From Ylistrum balloti (lineage: Eukaryota): DNA of 64,000 bases. Location of the stretch: contig NW_026782196.1 in NCBI RefSeq assembly GCF_031769215.1, forward strand, positions 806,001 to 870,000. The letters are read 5' to 3'. The notes below the pieces were generated by a model. The model did not search any database and was not told the origin of the DNA. It worked only from the letters and a program-made list of their open reading frames with translations. The translations under genes were made by a program, and so were the position numbers. The stretch's first letter is position 1, and each line of letters begins with the position of its first letter. This document shows, piece after piece, positions 1 to 12,604 of this stretch.

Positions 1-100
1 GATAACAAGAATGCCACAGCTATTTGGTAATACCAAGTAAGTTAACACTAAATCCATTTTCATACACTTAAACTGGAAAATAATTTTGGTAACAGAAAAC

Positions 101-817
101 CAACAGACTGTAGGAAGCTGTTAGTCTATCACAGTACTTACAAGCCCTTCTCCTACCGACATTTTTAAACCCATATCAACAGATTGTAGGAAGCTGTTAG
201 TCTATCACAGTACTTACAACGCCCTTCTCCTACATGACTGACATTCTTAAACCCATACCAACAGACTGTAGGAAGCTGTTAGTCTATCACAGTACTTACA
301 ACGCCCTTCTCTTACATGACAGATATTCTTAAACCCATACCAACAGACTGTAGGAAGCTGTTAGTCTATCACAGTACTTACAACGCCCTTCTCTTACATG
401 ACAGATATTCTTAAACCCATACCAACAGACTGTAGGAAGCTGTTAGTCTATCACAGTACTTACAACGCCCTTCTCCTACATGACTGACATTCTTAAACCC
501 ATACCAACAGACTGTAGGAAGCTGTTAGTCTATCACAGTACTTACAACGCCCTTCTCCTACATGACTGACATTCTTAAACCCATACCAACAGACTGTAGG
601 AAGCTGTTAGTCTATCACAGTACTTACAACGCCCTTCTCCTACATGACTGACATTCTTAAACCCATACCAACAGACTGTAGGAAGCTGTTAGTCTATCAC
701 AGTACTTACAACGCCCTTCTCCTACTGACATTCTTAAACCCATATCAACAGACTGTAGGAAGCTGTTAGTCTTTCACAGTACTTACAACGCCCTTCTCCC
801 AGATGACGGACATTCTG
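101..817. repeat. 82-bp minisatellite (~9 copies) built from the exon 10 / intron 10 junction
   Basis: Unit caacagactgtaggaagctgttagtctatcacagtacttacaacgcccttctcctacatgactgacattcttaaacccatac recurs with an 82-nt period (two 76-77 nt variants). The last copy merges into the coding exon. Confidence 0.97.
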
Positions 818-928
818 TCCTCTACACCATTCACACCATTAGGGATCTTTCTAAAATCGTCCTTGCCCAATGCCTTCTGGTCAGCATTAAATGTACAGTT
901 ATCTGTTCCGGTCACTTGAAGGTCGTTA
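787..928 (-). CDS. DPYS: DPYS/CRMP exon 10 ([47 protein letters not shown]); remaining exons lie outside the window
   Basis: CCTTTCAG acceptor, GTT|GTAAGT donor, 142 nt, phase 2 to 0. Contains the catalytic Asp in GTDNC and [20 protein letters not shown]. Not in the ORF track. Confidence 0.97.
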
Positions 929-1344
929 CTGAAAGGCAGTCACACTTAATTAAAGCACTACTTTTCAGCATCAATTACAGTTCCAGTATCAGTAATATAT
1001 AACGATATACAATGACTACAGTTAGATAATAATCAAGTGTAAATATGTAGGATAATATAAGCATCAAATAGACTGTAGATATAAATTAAAACATAAGATA
1101 TACATCCGTGGAAATGTGTATTGAATAAATTTCACTTGTTGAACAGATAGATTACAATCTTACTTTCAAATAACTACGTCTTGCTTCTTTTTTGCAAGCA
1201 GGTTCCAGGAGATTAACAGGACTATGAATTAACCTGAAATTCTAACCAGCCTTACAGAATTTTAAATATTCACTCAGTGCTAATATTTGACAGATAACAT
1301 GGGGTCATCTCAGGTATTAATTATAGCCCCTGTTCTTAACCTAC

Positions 1345-1501
1345 TTTGCTAGCAAGTCCATCAAATACCCTGGTGTGGTTGGATCTGGTCTAAGGGGTGG
1401 GCCCATCACATGCCCTGCCCCGTGTCTCCAACACTTGTTCCAGTAGTGAGTCCCATCTGTACCTAGACTAGCAGCGATGGGTTCCCCGAACACAACATTA
1501 C
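1345..1501 (-). CDS. DPYS: DPYS/CRMP exon 9 ([52 protein letters not shown])
   Basis: GTTCCAG acceptor, AA|GTAGGT donor, 157 nt, phase 1 to 2. [16 protein letters not shown] is a family signature. Confidence 0.98.
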
Positions 1502-1816
1502 CTGGAACAGTTACAACTCTTTGTAAACACAACCATGTTATATATTATGGTATATTACTGGTAATGTAGTATAAAGGCATGCTATGTATTGTAGATTTTC
1601 CAACTTACATAAATTTCTTGCTTGATGGAAAATTGTTAAAATACAGATTCAGTAACCAAAAGGCTTGGAATATTACAATTAAGCAATTTGACAATGTCTT
1701 GAATTTATACCACATTGTTAACATTATGTTCTGGTACCACAGGGCAGAACAACAATCATTTTTACTGTAAAAATCATTAAATTTTATGGGTTGTTTTCAT
1801 TGATTAAGTGGGTACT

Positions 1817-2677
1817 CTTTATCCATGAACTGTTAGAATCAGTGAACTGTTAGAATAAGTGTAAGTATTGTGATGTCTTTATCCATGAACTGTTAGAATA
1901 AGTGTAAATATTGTGCTGTCTTCATCCATGAACTGTTAGAATAAGTGTAAGTATTGTGATGTCTTCATCCATGAACTGTTAGAATAAGTGTAAGTATTGT
2001 GTTGTCGTTATCCATGAACTGTTAGAATATTGTGATCTCGTTATCCATTAATAAGTGTAAGTATTGTGATGTCTTTATCCATGAACTGTTAGAATAAGTG
2101 TAAGTATTGTGTTGTCTTCATCCATGAACTGTTAGAATATTGTGATCTCGTTATCCATTAATAAGTGTAAGTATTGTGATGTCTTTATCCATGAACTGTT
2201 AGAATAAGTGTAAATATTGTGATGTCTTTATCCATGAACTGTTAGAATAAGTGTAAATATTGTGATGTCTTTATCCATGAACTGTTAGAATAAGTGTAAG
2301 TATTGTGTTGTCTTTATCCATGAACTGTTAGAATAAGTGTAAATATTGTGTTGTCTTCATCCATTAACTGTTATAATAAGTGAGCTGTTAGAATAAGTGT
2401 AAGTATTTGTGCTGTCTTTATCCATGAACTGTTAGAATAAGTGTAAATATTGTGTTGTCTTTATCCATGAACTGTTAGAATAAGTGTAAATATTGTGTTG
2501 TCTTCATCCATGAACTGTTAGAATAAGTGAGCTGTTAGAATAAGTGTAAATATTGTGTTGTCTTCATCCATGAACTGTTAGAATAAGTGAGCTGTTAGAA
2601 TAAGTGTAAGTATTGTGCTGTCTTTATTCATGAACTGTCAGAATATTGTGATCTCGTTATCCATTAATAAGTGTAAG
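1817..2677. repeat. ~43-bp minisatellite with truncated variants, in the intron between exon 8b and exon 9
   Basis: Recurrent gtctttatccatgaactgttagaataagtgtaagtattgtgat. Confidence 0.95.
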
Positions 2678-3000
2678 TAAGTAACTATTTGGTTAGAACC
2701 ATTCATCACTGCCAAAACAAAGACTTGCTTTCTAATGGAGAGTCTGATCTTTTGATAAAATACAACAGCTTTACTGTAAGAATCGATAGAAACCACAGAA
2801 AAAAAAAAAAACAACAAATGTTGTATAGTAGGAGTGAATAAGAGTTATTTCAGATAAAGTTTGTCATTCTAAACAGATATAAATATTAACCAAAAATTAG
2901 GAGTTTTAGTCACACCACATAGAAATATGTATATGTTTTCCAGTACTAACCATCACCACACAACCACACCCCCGGTTTCTTTTTTAACATAAAATCTCAC

Positions 3001-3121
3001 CTTTCCTACGACTATCAGCCAGTGCATTGGCCGCTGTTCGGCTCATGATCTTACATATGTATAGCGGACAGTTGGCCTGACTGGCTATTGTTACAGCTCT
3101 GTTTACAGCTTCACCTTCCAC
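3001..3121 (-). CDS. DPYS: DPYS/CRMP exon 8b, CRMP-type mutually exclusive exon (VEGEAVNRAVTIASQANCPLYICKIMSRTAANALADSRRK-G)
   Basis: TTTGTAG acceptor, AAG|GTGAGA donor, 121 nt, same phases as 8a, open frame. His is replaced by Lys, as in vertebrate CRMP2 ([24 protein letters not shown]). Missed by the ORF track. Confidence 0.93.
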
Positions 3122-3675
3122 CTACAAATCGCAACCAATCCCATCCACTGAAGTGTACTTACAATACAGCCTAGTCTGACTGTCAAGAGAAGTCTTCAAA
3201 ATCAGCCTTCATGTGTCCATAACATTTGACAAAAAACTGAAACCTTTCCTGATTATAAAACCTTTTAGTAGTAGGGTCCCTGTATATTTGTGTACATGTC
3301 ATTCATGTACAGTTTTCGGTGGGTTGTTTTGAATCCATCTCTGACTTTGTGATATCCAGCTAGATGTTAGAGCAAATGTCTGGATTCACTCTGCCAAAGT
3401 ATTCAAATAAATAAAATGTTACAATGACCATGCAAAATAAGCTTTCTACAAAATTTGCAAAATAGTCACTTTACCGAACAGATTTTCCATCACAAAAACC
3501 AAAAATAAACAACAACCAAAAACAAACAAATAACTTAAATTCAAGTTACATTTCAGCAATTTAAGTGTCCACGTAAGATAATGTGGATTTGTCTCCCTTG
3601 TACTGTAAACTAGAACAATCTGTTGTGGTAAAGTGACCACTTTGTGGGTTGAACATAAATAAATTGATATCAAAC

Positions 3676-3796
3676 CTTTTCTCCTTGCTGCAGTTACCAC
3701 TTTGGCTGCAGATTTGCTCATGACATGAACAACATAGATAGGACAATTTGCCTGATTGGCTATGGTGATAGCTCGTAGTGTGGCTTCTGCCTCCAC
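3676..3796 (-). CDS. DPYS: DPYS/CRMP exon 8a, enzyme (DHP)-type mutually exclusive exon ([41 protein letters not shown])
   Basis: CTAG acceptor, AAG|GTTTGA donor, 121 nt, phase 0 to 1. Retains the metal-ligand His of VHVMS and closely resembles human [16 protein letters not shown]...[11 protein letters not shown]. Confidence 0.96.
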
Positions 3797-5508
3797 CTAG
3801 TGTTGTTATAAGATAGGGTTACAAGGAAAGCAAAAAGAAACATACAAAAAGAAACAAAAGTGATTAAAAACCAAAACCCAAAACTATTTATACACAATTT
3901 CTACATTAATAGGTATACAAGAAGAAAATGTAAATTAAAGCAGAAATTAATATTTTACAGAAATAAAGAATTAGGAAAGGCAGAATAAATTAAAAGAGCA
4001 TATTGAACACTGAGGAGCCTCGATACTAGATAAGATTAGGTTGTGTTGTGAATCTACTTGGAGTAGTCAGACAGGACAATCTGTCCATTTAACAGACTGG
4101 AAGTTTGGACATCCTTATCATAGCAGTGGATTGGAAAATGGGAAATGTAATTATTAACTAAATTACAAAAGTGGATGGGATTTTTGGACATTAAAGTAGT
4201 TGTGGGAAGAGTAAGACATTTTTGTTATATTGCTGGTTGGGATGGTGGGACAACCTTAGTATATTGCTGGTTGAGACAGTTGGATAACCTAATCATACTG
4301 GTGGTTGGACAACCTAATTGGTGGTTTTATAGGAAAATCTAATTGTATTGGTGGTTGGGACGGTGGTACAAACATACAACACAAGAGTTACGGTGCAGAT
4401 GAAGGCTGTGTATGAAATTTAGTTACTGTTCTACAGCACTGTATGACTATAATATATACTTGATTTAATTTAAAAAGAAAAACAAGAGGGTTCATGTCCG
4501 AGGCCTTTCATTATTCCAAAAACTAAAGACAATGGGAATTAGTCTTCTTTGTTGTTCTTTCTATTTTTTCTGTTACACAGACTTAAATCTTGTTCTATAC
4601 AGAGATACAAGTAAGCAGAAAAAAGATAAGATGGTAAGCACAAACAGAAATTAATACGAAATATCAAAGTATCGACAATAAGCATTTATACACTACAGTT
4701 TAACAAGTCAGGTTTTTCTTTACTAAACATAAAAAAACTGAAGTTTTAATCCTCTAGACAAAACAATTCTAATAACATTTACACTCTAACATGAAGATAA
4801 TTATATAAAAATGTTGTTAACACTTACAGGGATCAAATTTTAAGTTATCTTGCTGATAAACAATTGAAAAGACATTAAACTGACAGCTATAGTAGATAAA
4901 GTCATGATAAGGCTGGGAGTGTCAGAATTATTCTTCTATCAAAAACCTGACTTGTTGTTCAACCATTTTCACAATAGTAAACACAAAAGCTACAAAGCAG
5001 TAGAAAGTAAATTTTCCATAAAACTACACACCATGAGAAAACTGTACTTTAAAGTATGTTTTATTAAATTCTGAACGACACGTTAGCATTTTTTAAAGTG
5101 ATTTTCATTTTCTGAAGTTTTGATTTTTCTCTGTCAGACATAGGTATTCAAAAGATGAAGAACGAAGTTTAATATGTGCATTAAACATACAGAAAAAAGG
5201 CTTTGAATATTAATAAACATGATTTCTTAACATCATAAAGTTAGTTTTTGCCAAATCTTCAGTAAATATTGATGGCTAATGATTGGTATTTACAGGGTCA
5301 TTTATAAATTAAAAGCAATACTTTTAAAAAAGGTTAAAATTTGATTGTTTTCCTATTAAAGATAATCACAAAATAGCTCGTTAATGTTTATATGGAGATA
5401 TTGACAATCTTTTCCTAGAATTAATTTCCATTTTCTATTGATTAATAAATTGTATGACATTAATTACATCCTTATCGTTTGTTAAGCTGATTCAGTGCTC
5501 TGACCTAC

Positions 5509-5577
5509 CTCCTCTGGACGACACATTTCATGTCCCTCGGGTCCTGAAATACCATTGTCTATCATCTCCTGTGATTT
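5509..5577 (-). CDS. DPYS: DPYS/CRMP exon 7 (KSQEMIDNGISGPEGHEMCRPEE)
   Basis: TTTTTCCCCGATCAG acceptor, GAG|GTAGGT donor, 69 nt, phase 0 to 0. Carries the GPEGHExCRPE motif. Not in the ORF track. Confidence 0.96.
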
Positions 5578-5724
5578 CTGATCGGGGAAAAAAACAATAT
5601 GTTTACAATATATAAATATTTTTTAGGAATCACCTACAAACAATATTTCTTTTAAAATAAATCCCTACATCTATATTATATTTATTTTCAGGAAATTAAA
5701 ATTAGGATAACTTGTCCTGTCTTG

Positions 5725-6782
5725 GTATACTTTTGTTTCCCTCTAGGATAAGGGCATACTTTTGTTTCCCTCTAGGATAAGGGCATATAGGATAAGGGCA
5801 TACTTTTGTTTCCCTCTAGGATAAGGGCATACTTTTGTTTCCCTCTAGGATAAGGGTATACTATTGTTTCCCTCTAGGATAAGGGCATACTTTTGTTTCC
5901 CTCTAGGACAAGGGTATACTTTTGTTTCCCTCTAGGATAACGGCATACTTTTGTTTCCCTCTAGGATAAGGGCATACTTTTGTTTCCCTCTAGGATAAGG
6001 GTATACTTTTGTTTCCCTCTAGGATAAGGGCATACTTTTGTTTCCCTCTAGGATAAGGGTATACTATTGTTTCCCTCTAGGATAAGGGCATACTTTTGTT
6101 TCCCTCTAGGATAAGGGTATACTTTTGTTTCCCTCTAGGATAAGGGCATACTTTTGTTTCCCTCTAGGACAAGGGTATACTTTTGTTTCCCTCTAGGATA
6201 AGGGCATACTTTTGTTTCCCTCTCGGATAAGGGTATACTTTTGTTTCCCTCTAGGACAAGGGTATACTTTTGTTTCCCTCTAGGATAAGGGCATACTTTT
6301 GTTTCCCTCTAGGATAAGGGTATACTATTGTTTCCCTCTAGGATAAGGGCATACTTTTGTTTCCCTCTAGGATAAGGGTATACTTTTGTTTCCCTCTAGG
6401 ATAAGGGCATACTTTTGTTTCCCTCTAGGATAAGGGTATACTTTTGTTTCCCTCTAGGATAAGGGTATACTTTTGTTTCCCTCTAGGATAAGGGCATACT
6501 TTTGTTTCCCTCTAGGATAACGGTATACTTTTGTTTCCCTCTAGGATAAGGGCATACTTTTGTTTCCCTCTAGGATAAGGGTATACTTTTGTTTCCCTCT
6601 AGGATAAGGGCATACTTTTGTTTCCCTCTAGGATAAGGGCATACTTTTGTTTCCCTCTAGGACAAGGGCATACTTTTGTTTCCCTCTAGGACAAGGGCAT
6701 ACTTTTGTTTCCCTCTAGGATAAGGGCATACTTTTGTTTCCCTCTAGGATAAGGGTATACTTTTGTTTCCCTCTAGGATAAG
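5725..6782. repeat. 29-bp minisatellite (~36 copies), intron 6
   Basis: Unit ctaggataaggg(c/t)atacttttgtttccct. Confidence 0.98.
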
Positions 6783-7130
6783 TAAGAGTCGCATCCATTA
6801 GTGCATGGTAGACTTGGACATAATCAGAAAATATCTTTATACGACATGAATCCCTCCTTCCATCATCATGCAAACCAGAACTGGATTAGGAGAGAACTTG
6901 ACCTCATATGATGATACTATGAGGTCAATATGAAACAAATATTTATGGAGGTTCTTTAGATATGACACTGATTTGGACAGAATAATAATTATTCCATATG
7001 AAATCCTTGATCCTAAAGTGACTTTTAACCACTTGACTTCTCTACAGTAAACTTAGTAATGCTTCTATAAAGTCTATTAGAAGCATTAGCAATTGGTTGT
7101 CAACTTCAAGAGATTCTGCAAAACTCCTAC

Positions 7131-7273
7131 CTGTGCAATTAAATGTCCATTTTCAGCATGGACCATGCCAATGGCACCTAGCTCCCGACACCGTGTAAAG
7201 GTCTGGTACACTTCATCATCATCCAGCATGAATACATCCTTGTAGGCAAGGAAAACTTTGAAGGAGTTCACAC
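7131..7273 (-). CDS. DPYS: DPYS/CRMP exon 6 ([48 protein letters not shown])
   Basis: CTACAG acceptor, CAG|GTAGGA donor, 143 nt, phase 1 to 0. Contains the carbamylated-Lys motif NSFK and the metal His in VHAENG. Confidence 0.98.
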
Positions 7274-9157
7274 CTGTAGCACACAAGAGATTAATATGCC
7301 TTTATCCAGTTGGCATGCACAAGCCCATAAATGCCAAATGAATGCACAGTGAAATAAAAGGTTTTATGATGAAATATAAATGATACTTTCACTCCCATGA
7401 TAGCAAGTTTTGATATTTTCGCTTATTTTTCACCTATCATATCACTATATTTGCAGTGAAAATTTAAATTCTCCCAGAATGGATACAAGACTTCAGGAAC
7501 AACAACTTCACTAGAGATACTATGAAAAGTTTGAAACTTGCTGGCAAATGAAAGAAATAGAATATTTCTTGATAAATTAAAGTAACGATACTTTACACTC
7601 GCATACATAACAAACTTTCTATCCCAGCTGATGGACTATAACTGTTATTTCTAAAGAAGCAAAGAATATCCTCCATATATTAACTTGTTTCTTAGTTTAT
7701 CTGAAAGTTCTTTAGTTGATTTCAAATTTCCTGCATTCCCATTGGCAGTTTTAAAATGATAACCAACAATTTTTTTAAAAACAGATGTATAACATCAGTG
7801 CCTGAAGTTGTCACAATAGTTAATCTTACAAGATAAATGTGGTGTTTATTACTCTGTTAAAAAAATATCAGTTTGTATGGCTGTTGTGACATCATATTTC
7901 TCCTATACAGAGACATAAAATGGTTCTGTGTTGTGTAAATCAAATAAGATTTAAATAAAAACTGTGAAAATATGTAAATATAGTCACTGGACATCCTAAG
8001 TATGGCATTTAGAGTCAGGTCACAGATTTGTAAGGCAAATACATTTAGTAAAATGCCTAAAGTATTATTTAAATGGGTTGTGTCTATCACTTCAATAATA
8101 AATGTAAGATGTTTACAAGATTATTAAACTAAATCAGTAAAACCATTTCTCCCTTTATCTTACTGGTATTCAGTTCTTTTAACGTGGGCCATCAGAGACG
8201 GGTTATGCTGCTAGAATTGGACAAAGTTAAAGTATGAAACATAACAAAGGGCAATAAGAGAGTTATGATTCCTGTACACTGCCCTCCTTCTTGTTGAGAT
8301 CTATCTACCTATGAAGTTTCATGTTGACATCTCTTATAGTTTTAGTGTAATGCTCGAGACAAAATTTAAGTATGAAAATTAACAATGCGTATTTCATATA
8401 CTTCCAGTTACGTTTCTATGCTATCTCGATATTCACTATCAATTTCCAATGTCCAGCTTGACCACTTGTTTGGTTCAGGAAATCCTCTCAAATTTAACAC
8501 TGGTAATATTCCAAAATAGTTTTGAAAGTTCATTTTGTAGTACGAACACATGATAGCGGGCAGAGATGACAGTGACAGTAGTGACAAGGTAAGTAAAATC
8601 CTGTTTTTCAGCACTAGTTTTTGTTATGGATGTGGCAAATGTTTGAGAACTCAAAGTCAACTCAGAATTACAAAATAAGTAAAATTGATCACCAACATTG
8701 TCTGGACTGATTCAGGTGGGAAGCCATTTTTGTTTACAGACAACAGTGCTGTGTGTGCATGCATTATCATAAATGACCCAAAATTTACATATTCACACCA
8801 TTGATCAATAAATAAGAATTTTCATGTTTACAATTATTAACTAATCTCTTTAAGTGCATATTTCAGCAAAATCCAACTGGCATTGTTCATAAGGTGATAC
8901 ATTTGATATATATGCAATAATTAACAAAAAAATGAATAAAGAAAAATATTGTTTTACTGTGATGTCACTAAAATCATACTGGTATACTAACTCTGCAGTG
9001 ATGTCATACTGACAGATATTTACATATCAACTGAATATACACAAAACTTAAGTAAGAGTTCTGTAAATATTTTGGTGTTTATTTTTTTTCTTCTAATTGA
9101 AATAATTAGATTGTCCAACAATAAGACAAAAGTGATCTCAGTGACAAATATTCTAAC

Positions 9158-9322
9158 CTTTCTCTTTACACAGGACCTCCATCTCCTTAGAGACCTGATC
9201 TGACCACCAGGTGACCCCAACATGAAGTCCATAGTCGCAGCAGACTTTACCATCAGCCCAGTTCCTCCATTTGTCATATGCTTCCAGTAGAGATACATTC
9301 TTTTGGTCAAGGACAAAGTCAA
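9158..9322 (-). CDS. DPYS: DPYS/CRMP exon 5 ([54 protein letters not shown])
   Basis: CTTTACAG acceptor, AAG|GTTAGA donor, 165 nt, phase 1 to 1. [15 protein letters not shown] is a family signature. Confidence 0.98.
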
Positions 9323-9329
9323 CTGTAAA

Positions 9330-9522
9330 GGTCAAACAGTGCAAAGTTAGGCACATAGACACAAAAGTCAACAGTTAGGCACAAAGATGCAAAAGTCAAC
9401 AGTTAGGCACATAGATGCAAAAGTCAACAGTTACACACATAGCTGCAAAGGTCAACAGTTAGGCACATAGCTGCAAAAGTCAACAGTTAGGCATATAGAT
9501 GCAAAAGTCAACAGTTAGGCAT
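9330..9522. repeat. 28-bp minisatellite (~6 copies) abutting the exon 5 acceptor
   Basis: Unit aaaagtcaacagttaggcacatagatgc starts at 9363, 9391, 9419, 9447, 9475 and 9503. Confidence 0.92.
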
Positions 9523-12475
9523 TAAATACAGTTTTGGCCAGAATGATGAATCATAACATAGTGGAGAATACGTTAAAAAATAAGATGCACAATGTCTTTT
9601 ACGCCAAGTTAAGTAGGTTTAGGACTGTGATTGTGTTATAAGAATTCTGTCGACTTAGCAATCAAATCTAAGAAATATCATCCAGTTTAAGTTTTTTTTA
9701 AAAGGCATTTTTTTGGTTAGTAACTCTTTATAAACCTATCGAGGAGCAAGGAATTAAATTAACATTGTTTAATTTTGCAATTCTGAGCATATAATACCTA
9801 TGGATCTTAGTCTAGAAAATCTCATCTAACCATAGATGAATCATACACTAATATTTGGAGAGATTGCCTTCATGATGCACATCACATTTCTGTGAAGGGA
9901 TAGCCATTTATCAAGCTTGTAATGATGTCATCAGTGATACACACAATAAAACCAGGATATTTTTCACATATGGTAGAAATAGATTAAATGCACAGGCAAT
10001 CTTTCACATCTGTTGTGTACGACCTCCAGTGTACATTTTTTGTCCAATCTGCTATGAAACGTTTTTGTGAAAGTATTTTATTATTTCCCACCACACCCAT
10101 TACTATACAATGCTAATAACGACAGCAGCCATGAGCGAGGACCATCTTTGCCACAACATGTGACGGCAGAGGTTGCGATCCGCTCAGTCTCTGAATCATA
10201 CTGTAAAGATCAATATAATGCCCTGCAACTACACCCACATTTTCTGCTGAATCAGGAGTTTTTATAAACGACTGCCAATATTTCTGTCTGCAATCGGTCT
10301 TTTAGTTTTCTCATAGGCTCAGACTTTCTAATGGATTACAGTATTGGAAAGTGTCCTTTCTATAAACCAATCAATCTTGTACAACATGAATCACTACCTG
10401 ATTCTCAAACATTTTTACTGAAGGTTTCAGATTTGTAATGCATGTTCTCAAAATTCTTATACAATGTAGATTATATATTTTCAAATTTGTTGAAACTGCT
10501 AAGCTTAAACTAATCATGTCTTTGTGTTTACGATGTTAAGATTGTACATATTTAAATAATGTAATATCAAAATGGAACAACACCAGCCATTTCTGTTAAT
10601 CTTATAACATTCTACAGAATTTCCCCAGAATGGAAGACACGCTCAAGATTAATCAGTAGTTTCATATATCATTTGATGAAAGTTGTAGAAAGCAATCTGC
10701 TTCTTTAGATCATGAGAATGTATTCTTTACAAATCTGTTCAGTCCCTTCTAGAAATTTGTGTGTGAATTAAATTGGAAAAATATATACCCCAGTAGAAAT
10801 ATGAATGAAAACATTGCATCTTGTACCAGTTCTGCAAAATTCACTTCAGCTTCAAAATTTTAGGTTACCCTTGGAACATGAATTTGTTATAGAGGGGCAA
10901 AGCTGTCTTTGACCTTCCTGTAGGAAATACCTACTACCATTATCAAGGTCAAAGGTCAAGGTCACAACAACTAAATTTAACAATGTAATGCCTCTCCCCC
11001 TCCCCATCCCAAGGAGCATCCATACTGCAATATTCATAAGTAGTACTAGGTCAAATGGTATAGAAAACATGGTCCATTCAAGCTTTGATGTTGTGCAGAG
11101 GGTTAAAACACCAGGTGTGTATTTATCCAAAAGTCTCCCCTCCAATTACTGGAATACAAAGACAAATAACAAACTTCTAAGGAACAATTTACATCAAACT
11201 AAGGGACTGACAGAACCCTGTAATAACACAAAATATGACTGATAATCTGGGGTATTTACCATATATCAAGGTAATCCTGTAACGCTGCCAATAATTCTCT
11301 ATAATGATTGACATTTAATAGTTTTACCAAGACTAATGGCCAGCTAGGTAACATTTTGCGGTGTGTTTTTCCTCCTGTCCTAACCCTGTGGGAATCAATA
11401 CTAAATAGTTGAAGCATTCTGGACCTATAACACAGCTCCACATCTGAAGGCATGCTCTATCACTGCCAAATTCAATCCTAATCAGACGGCTAATCGAGAG
11501 AAAGGTGTAACAAACAGTGGAGTATCATTATAACAGGTGGGTTTAATCTATACAGCAAGCTATAGACGTAAAGTATAAACATCTCCCTCGTCTGTCTTCT
11601 AATGGGCTGATCCCACAGTGTAACAGATTCACATAAGTCAAATCATAACACACATAATTCAGTCATATTTTCTAAAAGATAAATCTTTGATGTAAATCTT
11701 CATGGCCTATCTGAGGAAAAGCCTGATGTTATCAACACAAAATCAAATCATCTTGCTGCTGATCGTGTCACTTTTTAAATGAACCATTGTATCCAACACT
11801 TCCTAAGTTATATCTGTCACTCAGCACTGGTAATAAAAACTTTTATCATATAACAATTGTGCGTTTCTTTCCTACACATTAGTGTAGTATTTGTTAAGAT
11901 TGTGTAAAATCAAACAATTTGATGCCTATCTCCTCAGAATTCCATCATATCTTCAGATTTTTTGTCAAATGACATTTCTGTACGAAGATGGAAAGATCTG
12001 TGTCACAAAAGACAACAGATAATGTGTACTTTTGTGAATAGGTCTACCCTTATCCTGATACTTATTGGTTCATTTGAAATGTGACCTACTTTCTGAAGTA
12101 GGGATTGTCGCACAGTATCAGTACTAACAAAAATTTGAACCAAGTGAAAATAGCATTAGGACATTTCAGATTTCTAATACAGAATAATCAACATGAATTT
12201 ATCATATAATGACGGAAACTGAAGTGACATCCATCTGTTTCCTAATTTTGTTTAGGTTTTCGTAGTTCCAGTTCATAAAAATGTTATCGGTAACATTTCT
12301 ATTTATTTCTGATATTAAGATTTTAAAATAATTTTCAGATGAAAACAAAATGTCTGTTCAGGCCTTTCTGTTGTCAAACTTTTGAGTTTGTATAAGTATA
12401 AGGGCATCACTGAATTAATTTCTGTTTACATATTTCATTGTGATTGTTTTGCCCGTTTTCTGAAGAGTTTCGTCA

Positions 12476-12604
<129 letters not shown>

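Noticed and set aside
10090-10260. Small CpG-richer patch with an acceptor (ttgatctttacag) resembling that of exon 5, considered as a second paralogous exon
   Set aside because: In the required phase it hits TGA at once, and other frames show no convincing similarity to exon 5.
11256-11453. 65-aa minus-strand ORF in intron 4 ending at a TG|GTAAAT donor, considered as an internal alternative start
   Set aside because: The donor is phase 2 while exon 5 needs phase 1; joining them gives an immediate TGA. No family similarity.
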